Shown here: piece after piece, positions 21,638 through 33,529 of the stretch
How positions within the stretch are numbered: position 1 is the stretch's first letter
Layout: each line of letters opens with the position of its first letter
Source: Bacillota bacterium
GTDB lineage: Bacteria > Bacillota > Limnochordia > Darwinibacteriales > DTU012
Assembly: GCA_012521185.1 (NCBI GenBank)
Contig: JAAYMV010000116.1
Coordinates: forward strand, 107-64,106
DNA length: 64,000 bases
Direction of reading: 5' to 3'
Made by a program: the position numbers and the translations under genes
Notes under the pieces: model-generated
The model's input: the letters and a program-made list of their open reading frames with translations, nothing else
Database searches by the model: none
What the model was told of the DNA's origin: nothing

Positions 21638-21916
21638 GTGGCCAAACGAAAGCAAATTTTGGCTAGAAAATTGATTTCCGCCATGGATTTACCTGAAGAT
21701 GTTATTCTAGATTTACCCCAACTTAAATTTATTGGCAATATGGAATTAGTTGTGGAGAATCATAAAGGTTTATATGAATACACTTCTAGTTTGGTCAAGT
21801 TGACTGTGAAAGGTTGTTTAGTAAGCATTGTGGGTAAAAATTTATGGATTCAGTTTATTGGACGAGATGATATTAAAATCAAAGGCCGCATTGATAAAGT
21901 TGAATTCCAGCAATAG
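21638..21916 (+). CDS. yqfC: sporulation protein YqfC
   Basis: About 92 aa of YqfC-family sequence. GTG start. Precedes yqfD. Confidence 0.7.
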   Translation: MAKRKQILARKLISAMDLPEDVILDLPQLKFIGNMELVVENHKGLYEYTSSLVKLTVKGCLVSIVGKNLWIQFIGRDDIKIKGRIDKVEFQQ

Positions 21917-21928
21917 TGAGGTGAAATC

Positions 21929-23101
21929 ATGATTCATCAACTTTGGTATTGGCTCAATGGTTATTTAGTATTGCGTTTTCGAGGCGCAAATTTAGAAATA
22001 ATACTAAATCGTATAACGGATTCCGGCCTGTACTTGTGGAATGTGGAGCGAGTGGCAGATAACATTATGATTGCTCATATAGGTGTAGGAAACTTTGCAG
22101 CTTTACGCTCATTATTATGGGGTACGCGCACTAATGTTGCTATTTTAGATAAAAAAGGTTTGCCCTTTGTCTTAAACAAACTAAAACATCGGCAGCTATT
22201 ATTGATTGGTTTGGTTGTTGTTATGATTAGTTTGTATTATTTGTCAGGTTTTATTTGGTTTATTCAAGTTCACGGTAATCAGGCTATAGCTGTAGATTCA
22301 ATAATGGCAATTCTTAGTCGGGAAGGTCTTCGAGTAGGTGCCGCAAAAAAAGAATTAAATTTGCGTAAATTAGAGTTGGTCTTAATGACAGAGTTAGAAG
22401 ACTTGTCTTGGGCGGGAATTACAGTACAAGGCTCCTTATTGAAAATTCAAGTAGCTGAACGTTCTACACCTGAGCAAGAGACGATTCAATATGGTAATAT
22501 CGTTGCTAGCAAAGATGGTTTAATTACGCAGGTTTTACCATTTCGCGGCACTCCCCAGGTGCGTGTTGGCGATACAGTTAAAAAGGGTCAAATACTAATT
22601 AGTGGGCAATATTATGATCTGTATGGTCGTTTAACTCGCGGCCGTTCTGAAGGAATAGTTCGGGCTAGAGTTTGGTATGAGGCTATTGGTGAAGCAGCTT
22701 ATAGTAGAATAGTTCAATCTACTACTGGGATAACCCATAGCAATTATTCGATAACTCTAGGTAAATATACTTTTACCATTGGAAAAAAACCACCGTTTCA
22801 GCTATACCAAGTACATCCACAAGTTTCTCAACCGGTTATTAAAGGTTATAGGTTACCGGTAGCCTTTACTAAAAATATTTATGAGGAAATATATTATGAA
22901 ACGATGGTGGTGTCTCCAGAAGAAGCTAGAGTTTTAGCTTTAGATCGGGCTTGGAAAAATCTAGATGCTTTAGGCGTTGCTCGGGAATCGGTTGAAAGCT
23001 ATCAAGTAGAGGAAATAGTTGTAACCGATCAGTTAGGGATTAGAGTTGGATTAATTGTTGAGGTAGAGGAGGATATTGGTCAATTTTCTCCCGAACTTTA
23101 A
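21929..23101 (+). CDS. yqfD: sporulation protein YqfD (stage IV sporulation)
   Basis: About 390 aa with a central TM helix. YqfD family, located between yqfC and phoH. Confidence 0.7.
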   Translation: MIHQLWYWLNGYLVLRFRGANLEIILNRITDSGLYLWNVERVADNIMIAHIGVGNFAALRSLLWGTRTNVAILDKKGLPFVLNKLKHRQLLLIGLVVVMISLYYLSGFIWFIQVHGNQAIAVDSIMAILSREGLRVGAAKKELNLRKLELVLMTELEDLSWAGITVQGSLLKIQVAERSTPEQETIQYGNIVASKDGLITQVLPFRGTPQVRVGDTVKKGQILISGQYYDLYGRLTRGRSEGIVRARVWYEAIGEAAYSRIVQSTTGITHSNYSITLGKYTFTIGKKPPFQLYQVHPQVSQPVIKGYRLPVAFTKNIYEEIYYETMVVSPEEARVLALDRAWKNLDALGVARESVESYQVEEIVVTDQLGIRVGLIVEVEEDIGQFSPEL

Positions 23102-23104
23102 GGT

Positions 23105-23133
23105 TTGCATATCAGAGATATTTTGACTATAAT
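23105..23133 (+). promoter_or_regulatory. sigma-A type promoter upstream of phoH
   Basis: TTGCAT at 23105-23110, a 17-nt spacer, then TATAAT at 23128-23133. Confidence 0.5.
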
Positions 23134-23165
23134 AAGTGTAGTCTAGTTTTATAGGGGGATTGTGA

Positions 23166-24128
23166 GTGACTCACCAGGTAACAGAATTAGTATTTACCTT
23201 AAAAGACAATAGCCAAGCTCAAAAACTTAGCGGCAATGGTGATCAATATTTAAAGTGGTTAGAAAAGACCTTCAATATCACTGTCATGCCGCGGGGTGTG
23301 GATTTAATCTTGTCTGGTAATGAAGGTGAGGTAAATAAGGTTTATAAGATTTTGCATAATTTATCTGAGTTAGACCGTGATATTACCATTCATGATTTTC
23401 ATTATGCCAGTGAGTTAGTTAATTCTGGCTCATCAATTAGCTTAAAAGATATTAATTCAACTATAATTGTTACTACTTATAATGGTAAACATGTACGGCC
23501 AAAAACCGATGGTCAAAGACAATATATCCAGACTATTAGAGAAAATGAAATTGTATTTGGGATTGGACCGGCTGGTACAGGCAAAACCTATTTAGCAATG
23601 GCAGCGGCTGCAGCGGCTTTAAAACGAAAGGAAGTAAGCCGCATTATTTTAACGCGACCTGCTGTAGAAGCAGGAGAACATCTTGGTTTTTTGCCTGGTG
23701 ATTTACAGGACAAGGTTGATCCTTATTTACGTCCACTTTATGATGCTTTATATGACATTTTAGGTGTTGAAGTATATCAAAAAATGCGGGAGAAGGGAAT
23801 TATTGAAATTGCTCCTTTAGCGTATATGAGGGGACGTACTTTGGATGATTCATTTATTATTTTAGATGAGGCTCAGAATACTACTGATGAACAAATGAAG
23901 ATGTTCCTAACTAGGTTAGGTTATGGTTCTAGAGCTGTAGTTACTGGTGACATTACTCAGGTAGACTTGCCAAGAGGTAAAAGCTCAGGTTTAATTAAAG
24001 TGGAAAAAATTCTTAAGGATATTAAAGGAATTGGGTTTTGCTATTTAACTGGCAGCGACATAGTTCGGCATCCCTTAGTCCAAAGAATAATTACAGCTTA
24101 TGAGAAGTATGAGGCTCAAGTAGAATAG
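23166..24128 (+). CDS. phoH: PhoH-family ATPase
   Basis: Walker A GPAGTGKT and a PhoH domain. Confidence 0.9.
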   Translation: MTHQVTELVFTLKDNSQAQKLSGNGDQYLKWLEKTFNITVMPRGVDLILSGNEGEVNKVYKILHNLSELDRDITIHDFHYASELVNSGSSISLKDINSTIIVTTYNGKHVRPKTDGQRQYIQTIRENEIVFGIGPAGTGKTYLAMAAAAAALKRKEVSRIILTRPAVEAGEHLGFLPGDLQDKVDPYLRPLYDALYDILGVEVYQKMREKGIIEIAPLAYMRGRTLDDSFIILDEAQNTTDEQMKMFLTRLGYGSRAVVTGDITQVDLPRGKSSGLIKVEKILKDIKGIGFCYLTGSDIVRHPLVQRIITAYEKYEAQVE

Positions 24129-24159
24129 GGAGTTTGGAGAACTGAAAGGACTGTTTAAT

Positions 24160-26289
24160 GTGAGCATAAAGAAGTGGGAAAAGATACTAAAATTTTGGCG
24201 TACAAAGCTTAATAATTCCACTGCTCGTCAATGGATTTTGGGGATATTCTTGTTCCTAGGTTTATACGGTATACTGATGATCAATATTGCACCTACTGCT
24301 TACAACTTTACAGTAGGTGAAGTAGCTAGGTTTGATGTTAAAGTTCCACGGGATATGGAAAATCGGGCTCAAACCTTGCGTAATCAAGAAGAAGCAGGTC
24401 TAAGGGCAGTAATTGAAGCCCAAAATAATCCAGAAAATTATGAGATTAATCAGGCTGTAATTCTCAGTGTAGAACAGAAAATCACTGCCTTATTTACTTT
24501 TATAAAGGAAAAAATTAACTTTAATAGTGAAGATGAAACCAGCCAGGCCATCACCAGCGAAGAATTAAGAGTATTACTTGATGAAAATTGGCAAGTTCAT
24601 CTACCAACTAGAGTAGTGGCTGAAATTATGGCAGCTACTTTAGAAGAATACGAGATGTTTAGTAAGGAAACTACCCGGATAGTGGTAAAACAAATGAATC
24701 AACGGATAACAGATGACAATTTGCCAGAAATACGTGATCAGTTGAGGAATTTGTTTGAGGATTCTGATATAAAAGAAAATTTGCGAGAAGCAGCTTATCT
24801 AATTGGTGGTCAAGTACTGACACCGAATCTCAAGTTAAATCAGGAAAAGGTAGAACAAGCAAAACAAGAAGCTATCAAAGAGGTTGAACCTGTTTTAGTT
24901 AAAGCTGGTGAGATAATCATTAGTGATGGAACTATAGTCCGTCCGGAGCACATTCAACTTTTAAAAGATCTTGGTTTGTATCGAGAGGGTTTGGATTTTA
25001 AATCACTATCAGGGCTAGGGATTATTTTATTTGCATTACTAGCATTGTTGGGAGTTTATCTCTATAAATATGGACGGAACGTTATTTTAAGTGAGAATAA
25101 GTTGGCGTTATTATGTTCCGTTTTAGTGGTAGTTACTTTTATAACTAAGATTTTATCCTTTGTGCAATGGAATTTGGCTGCTTATTTATCACCGATTGCT
25201 TTAGGGGGAATATTAGTTACTATTTTATTAGACTCCCGCATTGGAACAATTACAGTTTTGGTTTTATCAGTGATTACAGTAATTGTTCATAATTCCTTAG
25301 TTGTTGCAGCGCTTTGTTTAATTGGTGGAGTAGTTGCCATCCTAAGTGTTTCCCAGGTCAGCCAGCGTGGGGAGCTAATGCGAGCGGGATTTATTGTAGG
25401 TGGAACTAATGTCTTAGTTATGATCGCTTTTGGTCTGCTACAAGGGGACACGACTTTAATTATTCACAGTTATTTAGGAATTTTAAATGGATTGATTTCG
25501 TCGATTATTACTATTGGTTCATTACCTTACTTTGAGAGTATTTTTAATATTACCTCAGGGATTCGGCTATTAGAGTTATCTAATCCAAATCAGCCTCTGT
25601 TGCGTCGATTATTGATGGAGACTCCAGGTACCTACCACCATAGTATTTTGGTAGGAAATTTAGCAGAGGCAGCAGCCGAAGCGGTTGGTGCAGATGGATT
25701 GCTAGCTCGTGTAGGTTCCACTTATCATGATCTAGGTAAGTTAAAGCGGCCATACTTTTTTGCTGAAAATCAGTTTGGCATCGATAATCCACACGATAAA
25801 ATAGCACCATCCTTATCGACACTAATAATTACATCGCATGTTAAAGATGGTATTGAGTTGGCGCGGGAAAATAAGTTACCAGATGTTGTAATCGATTTTA
25901 TTGCTCAACATCACGGTACTGATTTAGTGAAGTTCTTTTACCATCGTGCTAAGGAAAATGATGGAGAAAATATCCAAGAGAAAGATTTTCGCTATCCCGG
26001 TCCTAAACCACAAACTAAAGAAACAGCAATTGTTTCTTTAGCTGATGCAGTGGAAGCCGCTGTTCGCTCTTTGGTTAAGCCAACTCCAGGAAAAATAGAA
26101 GCTTTAGTACGTAAGATTATTCGTGATCGGTTAGATGATGGGCAGCTAGATGAAAGTGATTTAACATTTAAGGACTTGAATAAGATTGCTGAAGCCTTTG
26201 TAAAGGTACTAAACGGTATTTATCACGCTCGGGTTGAGTATCCAGAAAATATAACTCGGGAAGAGATTGAGGGGAAGAATAAAGGATAG
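24160..26289 (+). CDS. pgpH: 7TM receptor with intracellular HD hydrolase (PgpH/YqfF, c-di-AMP phosphodiesterase family)
   Basis: Extracellular N-domain, a 7TM region and a C-terminal HD domain (HHSILVGNLAE...HDLGK). Order phoH-yqfF-ybeY. Confidence 0.8.
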   Translation: MSIKKWEKILKFWRTKLNNSTARQWILGIFLFLGLYGILMINIAPTAYNFTVGEVARFDVKVPRDMENRAQTLRNQEEAGLRAVIEAQNNPENYEINQAVILSVEQKITALFTFIKEKINFNSEDETSQAITSEELRVLLDENWQVHLPTRVVAEIMAATLEEYEMFSKETTRIVVKQMNQRITDDNLPEIRDQLRNLFEDSDIKENLREAAYLIGGQVLTPNLKLNQEKVEQAKQEAIKEVEPVLVKAGEIIISDGTIVRPEHIQLLKDLGLYREGLDFKSLSGLGIILFALLALLGVYLYKYGRNVILSENKLALLCSVLVVVTFITKILSFVQWNLAAYLSPIALGGILVTILLDSRIGTITVLVLSVITVIVHNSLVVAALCLIGGVVAILSVSQVSQRGELMRAGFIVGGTNVLVMIAFGLLQGDTTLIIHSYLGILNGLISSIITIGSLPYFESIFNITSGIRLLELSNPNQPLLRRLLMETPGTYHHSILVGNLAEAAAEAVGADGLLARVGSTYHDLGKLKRPYFFAENQFGIDNPHDKIAPSLSTLIITSHVKDGIELARENKLPDVVIDFIAQHHGTDLVKFFYHRAKENDGENIQEKDFRYPGPKPQTKETAIVSLADAVEAAVRSLVKPTPGKIEALVRKIIRDRLDDGQLDESDLTFKDLNKIAEAFVKVLNGIYHARVEYPENITREEIEGKNKG

Positions 26290-26750
26290 TGGATATATAT
26301 ATCAATAACGAACAAAAGATTATTGATCCAAGTGGACTAGACAGTTTAGTAGAAAAAGTGATTCAAGCTGGCTTACAAGTTTGTCAGATGTCTGATGATG
26401 TAGAGGTTAGTATAACTTTTGTTGATAACCAAACTATTCAAGCGCTGAACAACGAGTACAGGCAGATAGATGCGGTAACAGATGTATTGTCCTTTCCACA
26501 GGATGAAGCAGGGGATTTTGGATTAGTTCCTGGTATGCCAAGACTGTTGGGGGATATTGTGATTTCATTGGAAAAAGCCTTGGAGCAATGCCAGGATTAT
26601 AATCATAGCTTCCAAAGAGAAGTAGGTTTTTTAGTAGCCCATGGTTTATTGCATCTTTTAGGCTATGACCATGAAACTGCGGAAGAACGGAAAGCTATGC
26701 GTGTAAAAGAAGAGCAGATTATGGAGGAAGTTAATTTGCCACGTGCTTAG
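26289..26750 (+). CDS. ybeY: rRNA maturation endoribonuclease YbeY
   Basis: HGxLHLxGYDH zinc motif (HGLLHLLGYDH). Confidence 0.9.
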   Translation: MDIYINNEQKIIDPSGLDSLVEKVIQAGLQVCQMSDDVEVSITFVDNQTIQALNNEYRQIDAVTDVLSFPQDEAGDFGLVPGMPRLLGDIVISLEKALEQCQDYNHSFQREVGFLVAHGLLHLLGYDHETAEERKAMRVKEEQIMEEVNLPRA

Positions 26751-26764
26751 GAGGTCATAGCAAA

Positions 26765-27454
26765 GTGTACCCTAAACGGTTAATAGATAGTTTTAATTAC
26801 GCAATAGACGGTATTCTGTATGCTTTAAGAACTCAGCGTAATATGCGAATCCACTTTGTTGCTGGCTTGTTAGTCTTACTTTTAGCGTCGATTTTTCATG
26901 TTTCTCGACTTGAATTAGTTGCTCTTTTAATAACTATCGGCTTAGTTATTTCAGCGGAAATGATGAATACAGCGATTGAAGAAGTGGTTAATTTAGTAAC
27001 GCAAGAATTTCATCCATTAGCTAAGGTAGCTAAAAATGTAGCCGCTGGTGCTGTACTAGTAACATCATTGTTGGCTGTTTGTGTCGGATACTTGGTTTTT
27101 ATTGACAAAATTCTTTATTTCGGTTCAGAAGTCTTTCGCTCAGAAATTGCCAAGCCTTTTTTAACTTTGATAGCATTAATAGTGGTCTTGATTTTAGTAA
27201 TCGGTATTAAAGTTTTGGTAGGTTGGACCAATTTTTTACGTGGTGGTCTGCCGAGTGGGCATACTGCCGTAGCCTTTGCTTTAGCAACCGCTATCTTATA
27301 TTCAGGTAACTTTTATGTTGGTATTTTAGCGTATTTGTTAGCGGCTTTAGTAGCTCAAAGTAGAGTGGAAGCCTCTGTCCATTCATTACTCGAAGTGGTG
27401 GTTGGTGCTGTCTTAGGTATTGTTGTCACTTTACTTGTCTTTCAAATAGCTTAA
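26765..27454 (+). CDS. dgkA: undecaprenol/diacylglycerol kinase (DgkA family) fused to a C-terminal PAP2-like phosphatase segment
   Basis: The first ~115 aa carry the prokaryotic DAGK signature (EMMNTAIEE...HPLAKVAKNVAAGAVL). The C-terminal ~110 aa carry PAP2 motifs PSGH and SRVEASVHS. Confidence 0.7.
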   Translation: MYPKRLIDSFNYAIDGILYALRTQRNMRIHFVAGLLVLLLASIFHVSRLELVALLITIGLVISAEMMNTAIEEVVNLVTQEFHPLAKVAKNVAAGAVLVTSLLAVCVGYLVFIDKILYFGSEVFRSEIAKPFLTLIALIVVLILVIGIKVLVGWTNFLRGGLPSGHTAVAFALATAILYSGNFYVGILAYLLAALVAQSRVEASVHSLLEVVVGAVLGIVVTLLVFQIA

Positions 27455-27480
27455 CCCCTCCCCTTAGGAGGGGTTGTTAC
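27453..27480 (+). terminator. hairpin terminator after dgkA
   Basis: CCCCTCCCC TTAGG AGGGGTTG hairpin; the T-tract is weak. Confidence 0.45.
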
Positions 27481-27560
27481 ATTAATTGACAGAGAGCTTG
27501 TCTTTCCAGTAATGACAATATTTGATATAATTAACTTAGTATTTTTAGGGAGGCGAGACA

Positions 27561-27968
27561 GTGAAAGCCCAAGAATTAGTTGAATTGGCTAAAGCTGCAC
27601 GGGAAAAGGCTTATGCTCCTTATTCGAGTTTTAAAGTGGGTGCAGCTTTGTTAGGTGAAAGTGGTCAGGTTTATCTTGGGTGTAATATTGAAAACGCTTC
27701 TTTTGGTGCCACGAATTGTGCTGAGCGGACAGCTATTTTCAAGGGAATTTCCGAAGGTGAGAGTAGCTTTACAGCCTTAGCAGTTGTGGCCGATACTGAA
27801 GATGTTTGCATGCCTTGCGGAATTTGTCGCCAGGTATTAACAGAATTTATTAATGATCAGACAGAAATCTATTTAGCCAACCTAAAAGGAAAAATTGTTA
27901 AAACTACGATCTCCCAATTAATGCCTAACGGTTTTACAAAGACAGAATTATTTAGCAACAGAAGGTGA
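27561..27968 (+). CDS. cdd: cytidine deaminase
   Basis: CAE(R) and PCGxCRQ zinc motifs (NCAERTAI, PCGICRQ). Confidence 0.9.
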   Translation: MKAQELVELAKAAREKAYAPYSSFKVGAALLGESGQVYLGCNIENASFGATNCAERTAIFKGISEGESSFTALAVVADTEDVCMPCGICRQVLTEFINDQTEIYLANLKGKIVKTTISQLMPNGFTKTELFSNRR

Positions 27969-27974
27969 TTTTGC

Positions 27975-28427
27975 ATGAGCTGCCAGTTTAAGGTGCTCAC
28001 CACAGGCGACCATGATTGGATTGAACAAGCTATTGCTATTGAACAAGCCGCCTTTGCGGAAGGGGGCATGAACCATTGGTTCTTAGTACCTTTTATCCGC
28101 CATGGTCAAGTTTTTGTGTTGGTAAAAGATAATCGGGTGGTGGCTGTGGCAGAATATATGAGAGATTTTAATGATCTTAAGCTTGCGTATTTATTTGGTT
28201 TTGCAGTTGCAGAGGCTTATCGGGGTCAAGGTTTAGGAACACACCTCTTAACTAAATCCCATGAACATTTAAAAACTCAGGGTTTTAGTAAAATAAGTTT
28301 GACAGTTAAGCCCAACAATCAAGTCGGCTTGAGATTATACGAAAAGTTTGGGTTTGTAAAAGAAGCTTTTTATCCAAATGAATATGGAGAAGGTGAAGAT
28401 CGTTTATTACTTACTCTCCATTTATAA
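27975..28427 (+). CDS. GNAT-family N-acetyltransferase
   Basis: Acetyl-CoA motif RGQGLGTHLL. Confidence 0.7.
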   Translation: MSCQFKVLTTGDHDWIEQAIAIEQAAFAEGGMNHWFLVPFIRHGQVFVLVKDNRVVAVAEYMRDFNDLKLAYLFGFAVAEAYRGQGLGTHLLTKSHEHLKTQGFSKISLTVKPNNQVGLRLYEKFGFVKEAFYPNEYGEGEDRLLLTLHL

Positions 28428-28444
28428 CCTAAAAAAGGGGGAAA

Positions 28445-29332
28445 TTGATGGGTATTTTTAAATCAGGCTTTGTAGCGGTGGTAGGAAGACCTAATGTTGG
28501 AAAATCAACGCTTTTAAATAGTTTGCTAGGACAAAAAATAGCAATTGTTTCTAATAAGCCTCAAACAACCCGCAATACAATACAAGCTGTTTTGACCCGC
28601 GAAGATGGACAAATCGTGTTTCTAGATACACCAGGCATTCATAAACCGAAGCATAAATTAGGTGAATATATGGTAAAGTCTGCCCAAAGTGCTTTATCAG
28701 ATGTTGATATTATTTGCATGTTGGTGGAAAGTACAGAGTGGTGGACAACAGATAACATTATTTTAGAACATATTGGTCAGACAGATACACCAGTTTTTTT
28801 GGTGGCGAATAAAATTGATTTAATTTCGCCAGAGGAACTAGAGGAATTTTGTAATCTGGCACGGAATAAGTATCCTTTTGCTGAAGTTATACCTGTATCA
28901 GCGCAAACAGGAGAAAATTTAGAGTTGTTAGTAGATAAGTTGATTAATTACTTACCAGAAGGTCCAAAGTACTACCCAGATGATTGGATTACTGACCATC
29001 CAGAGCGGTTCATTGTTGCTGAGTTTATTCGTGAACAAGTTTTGTTGAATACTCAAGAGGAAATTCCTCATTCTGTAGCTGTAGATATAGATGAAATCAG
29101 TGAGCAGCCCTCTGGCTTAGTTAAGATCAGAGCAACTATTTATGTGGAAAGGGATTCACAAAAAGGGATTATTATTGGCAAACGTGGATCTATGTTAAAA
29201 ACTATTGGCACAGAAGCTCGCAAGCAAATTGAACAGCTTCTGGCTACAAAAGTATTTTTAGATATATGGGTAAAAGTGAAAAAAGATTGGCGTAATAAAG
29301 CAGGCTCGCTTCATGAGTTCGGGTACCAATGA
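28445..29332 (+). CDS. era: GTPase Era
   Basis: G1 GRPNVGKST, DTPG and NKID motifs plus a KH domain C-terminus. Confidence 0.95.
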   Translation: MMGIFKSGFVAVVGRPNVGKSTLLNSLLGQKIAIVSNKPQTTRNTIQAVLTREDGQIVFLDTPGIHKPKHKLGEYMVKSAQSALSDVDIICMLVESTEWWTTDNIILEHIGQTDTPVFLVANKIDLISPEELEEFCNLARNKYPFAEVIPVSAQTGENLELLVDKLINYLPEGPKYYPDDWITDHPERFIVAEFIREQVLLNTQEEIPHSVAVDIDEISEQPSGLVKIRATIYVERDSQKGIIIGKRGSMLKTIGTEARKQIEQLLATKVFLDIWVKVKKDWRNKAGSLHEFGYQ

Positions 29333-29392
29333 TTGGTACCCTTATAAAAGCATTAGTCAGCACGAAATCTTTTCGTGAGGGGGAGCAGAAGG

Positions 29393-30139
29393 ATGTCGAC
29401 AAACTCAGTAGCACATGAACATCAGCAACCAGAGTTGGTCACTTTGGTGCTTCAAGCACAGCAGGGGGACAAGCTCTGTCGTGAGCAGTTAATAAAAGAT
29501 TATCGTCCATTTTATTTACGGGTAGCTTCTAGTGTAGCTAAAAGATATTTAGTTTTAGGTCGCGACGATGAGGCCAGTATTGCTATGCTAGCTTTTGATG
29601 AGGCGATTAATTCCTATGATCCAGAAGCTGGAGCATCGTTTCTTAGCTTTGCTGAGATTGTGATTAAACGTCGAATGATTGATTTTTTCCGGAGAAAAAG
29701 TAAAACTAAAGACGAGATTCCTATGTCATCTTTAGAAACCGATGAAGGCGAAACCAGCGTAATGCAGCGGATTGAATCTAATGAGGCCTTGGGTATTATT
29801 CAAATTCAAAGGGAAACTGAAGAACGGCGGGAAGAAATCTTCCGTTTAAATCAGTTACTAAGCGAGTATGGAGTTTTATTTGGTGAATTGGTAAAAATAT
29901 CGCCAAAACACAAAGATGCGCGGGCTCGTGCTTTAGAAGTAGCTAAAACCTTAGCTAGTAGTCCTGAACTAATGGCTTTTCTTACTAAGCGCAAAGCATT
30001 GCCTTTAAAAGAGTTGGAGAAGGTAGTCGGAGTTAGTAGAAAAACTTTAGAACGGCAACGGAAATACATAATCACCTTGACATTAATCTTAGTGGGTGAA
30101 TTTACTTATTTACAGGAATACCTTAAGGATAAGGTTTGA
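29393..30139 (+). CDS. sigI: RNA polymerase sigma factor SigI
   Basis: Sigma-70 region 2 and region 4 features with SigI-like spacing. Followed by an RsgI_N-containing gene. ATG at 29393 follows GAGGGGGAG. Confidence 0.7.
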   Translation: MSTNSVAHEHQQPELVTLVLQAQQGDKLCREQLIKDYRPFYLRVASSVAKRYLVLGRDDEASIAMLAFDEAINSYDPEAGASFLSFAEIVIKRRMIDFFRRKSKTKDEIPMSSLETDEGETSVMQRIESNEALGIIQIQRETEERREEIFRLNQLLSEYGVLFGELVKISPKHKDARARALEVAKTLASSPELMAFLTKRKALPLKELEKVVGVSRKTLERQRKYIITLTLILVGEFTYLQEYLKDKV

Positions 30140-30153
30140 AAGGGGAGGTAAGC

Positions 30154-30975
30154 ATGAAACGGGGTAAGGGGATAGTTGTAGAGATTTCATCCCATAATCA
30201 TGTAATCGTTATGACTCCCCAGGGGGAGTTTATGCGGATTCCTTTTTTAAAACCGGTTACTGTGGGACAAGAAATTCAGTTTAAGATAAAAGCGCGGCCA
30301 AGCTATTGGAAGTGGAGTGTGGCAGCAATGCTGCTCTTAGCCTTGGCAAGCTCTGCAGCTATGGTTAACGAAAAAGTTCAGATTCCTGGAGGAAATATTC
30401 CTGCATTCTTTGTAACAATCGATATTAATCCCAGCATCGAACTGGCTGTTAATAAAGAACAACGAGTTGTCGGTGTAGAAGGTTTAAACCAAGAAGGAGT
30501 AGACTTGTTGAGTAAAGTAAAACTGATAGGTAAAAGCTTTAAAGAGGCAGTAGAAATTATTGGTCAACAAGCTGAATTAGACGGTTATCTGCAAGCTGGT
30601 AAGAATGAAATAGTAGTAACCATAACAGATGAAAATAATGACCAATACGAATTAATTGAATTAAGTACTATTAGTACACCAAGAACTACTACATACGAGC
30701 CTCAAATTGAAGATATTATTTGCGACACCTTAGCAACAGAATATAATGTTCAAATGTGGAAAGTTCCTGCTAATGTGCGAAATAAGGCACGACAAGCTGG
30801 AGTAACACCGGCAGCCTACATTGCAATTCATGTGCAAGTAGATAGAAGACCAGTAGATCAAGAGAAAAACACTAATTCAGTGGTTACTACCATCGAACGA
30901 AATGGTGAATATCATTATGTGGAATTTCAGGTTACTAGACCAGTGCTAACACCTGTTTCGGTTACTAGTAGATAG
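30154..30975 (+). CDS. rsgI: anti-sigma-I factor RsgI-like (RsgI_N domain, one TM helix, ~200-aa extracytoplasmic region)
   Basis: N-terminal MKRGKGIVVEI...MTPQGEFMRIPF matches the RsgI_N domain. A hydrophobic helix lies at about residues 50-70. ATG at 30154 follows AGGGGAGG. Confidence 0.65.
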   Translation: MKRGKGIVVEISSHNHVIVMTPQGEFMRIPFLKPVTVGQEIQFKIKARPSYWKWSVAAMLLLALASSAAMVNEKVQIPGGNIPAFFVTIDINPSIELAVNKEQRVVGVEGLNQEGVDLLSKVKLIGKSFKEAVEIIGQQAELDGYLQAGKNEIVVTITDENNDQYELIELSTISTPRTTTYEPQIEDIICDTLATEYNVQMWKVPANVRNKARQAGVTPAAYIAIHVQVDRRPVDQEKNTNSVVTTIERNGEYHYVEFQVTRPVLTPVSVTSR

Positions 30976-30997
30976 AGAGGGGTCTTTAAAGTAGCTA

Positions 30998-33137
<2,140 letters not shown>

Positions 33138-33193
33138 CAAGAAAATTAGGCGAAAAGGACTAAGGGGTTATTAGATGTGGGGGAGGTGAAGTA

Positions 33194-33478
33194 ATGTTTT
33201 TACAAGCTGAAGCGGCTGCACCGAGCGTTTTACAATTATTTATGCCGTTTATTATAATGATGGTCTTTCTTTATTTCTTCATGATTAGACCAGAGCAAAA
33301 ACGGAAAAAGGAATATCAAGCAATGCTTGATGCCTTAAAAAAAGGTGATAAAGTAGTGACAATAGGTGGTATTTACGGTGAAATCACTGCCTTAAAAGAA
33401 GATTATGTTACACTTAAGGTTGCTGACAAAACGGAAATAAAAGTAAGGCGTTCAGGTATCGGTTCCGTTGTCAAATAG
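33194..33478 (+). CDS. yajC: preprotein translocase subunit YajC
   Basis: 94-aa protein with a single TM helix, of the YajC family. Confidence 0.85.
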   Translation: MFLQAEAAAPSVLQLFMPFIIMMVFLYFFMIRPEQKRKKEYQAMLDALKKGDKVVTIGGIYGEITALKEDYVTLKVADKTEIKVRRSGIGSVVK

Positions 33479-33485
33479 ATTTATT

Positions 33486-33511
33486 TAACCACCTGAGGGT
33501 GGTTTTTTTAC
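33486..33511 (+). terminator. rho-independent terminator after yajC
   Basis: AACCACC TGAG GGTGGTT hairpin followed by TTTTTTTA. Confidence 0.7.
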
Positions 33512-33529
33512 AGGAGAAGGAGAGTTGAA

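Noticed and set aside
29333-29392. SigI-dependent autoregulatory promoter upstream of sigI
   Set aside because: Only ACCC and a CGAA about 21 nt downstream are present. The spacing and C-run do not fit what I recall of the SigI consensus, so this is too weak to call.
30976-30997. preQ1 riboswitch upstream of queA
   Set aside because: The intergenic space is only about 22 nt, far too short for any riboswitch.
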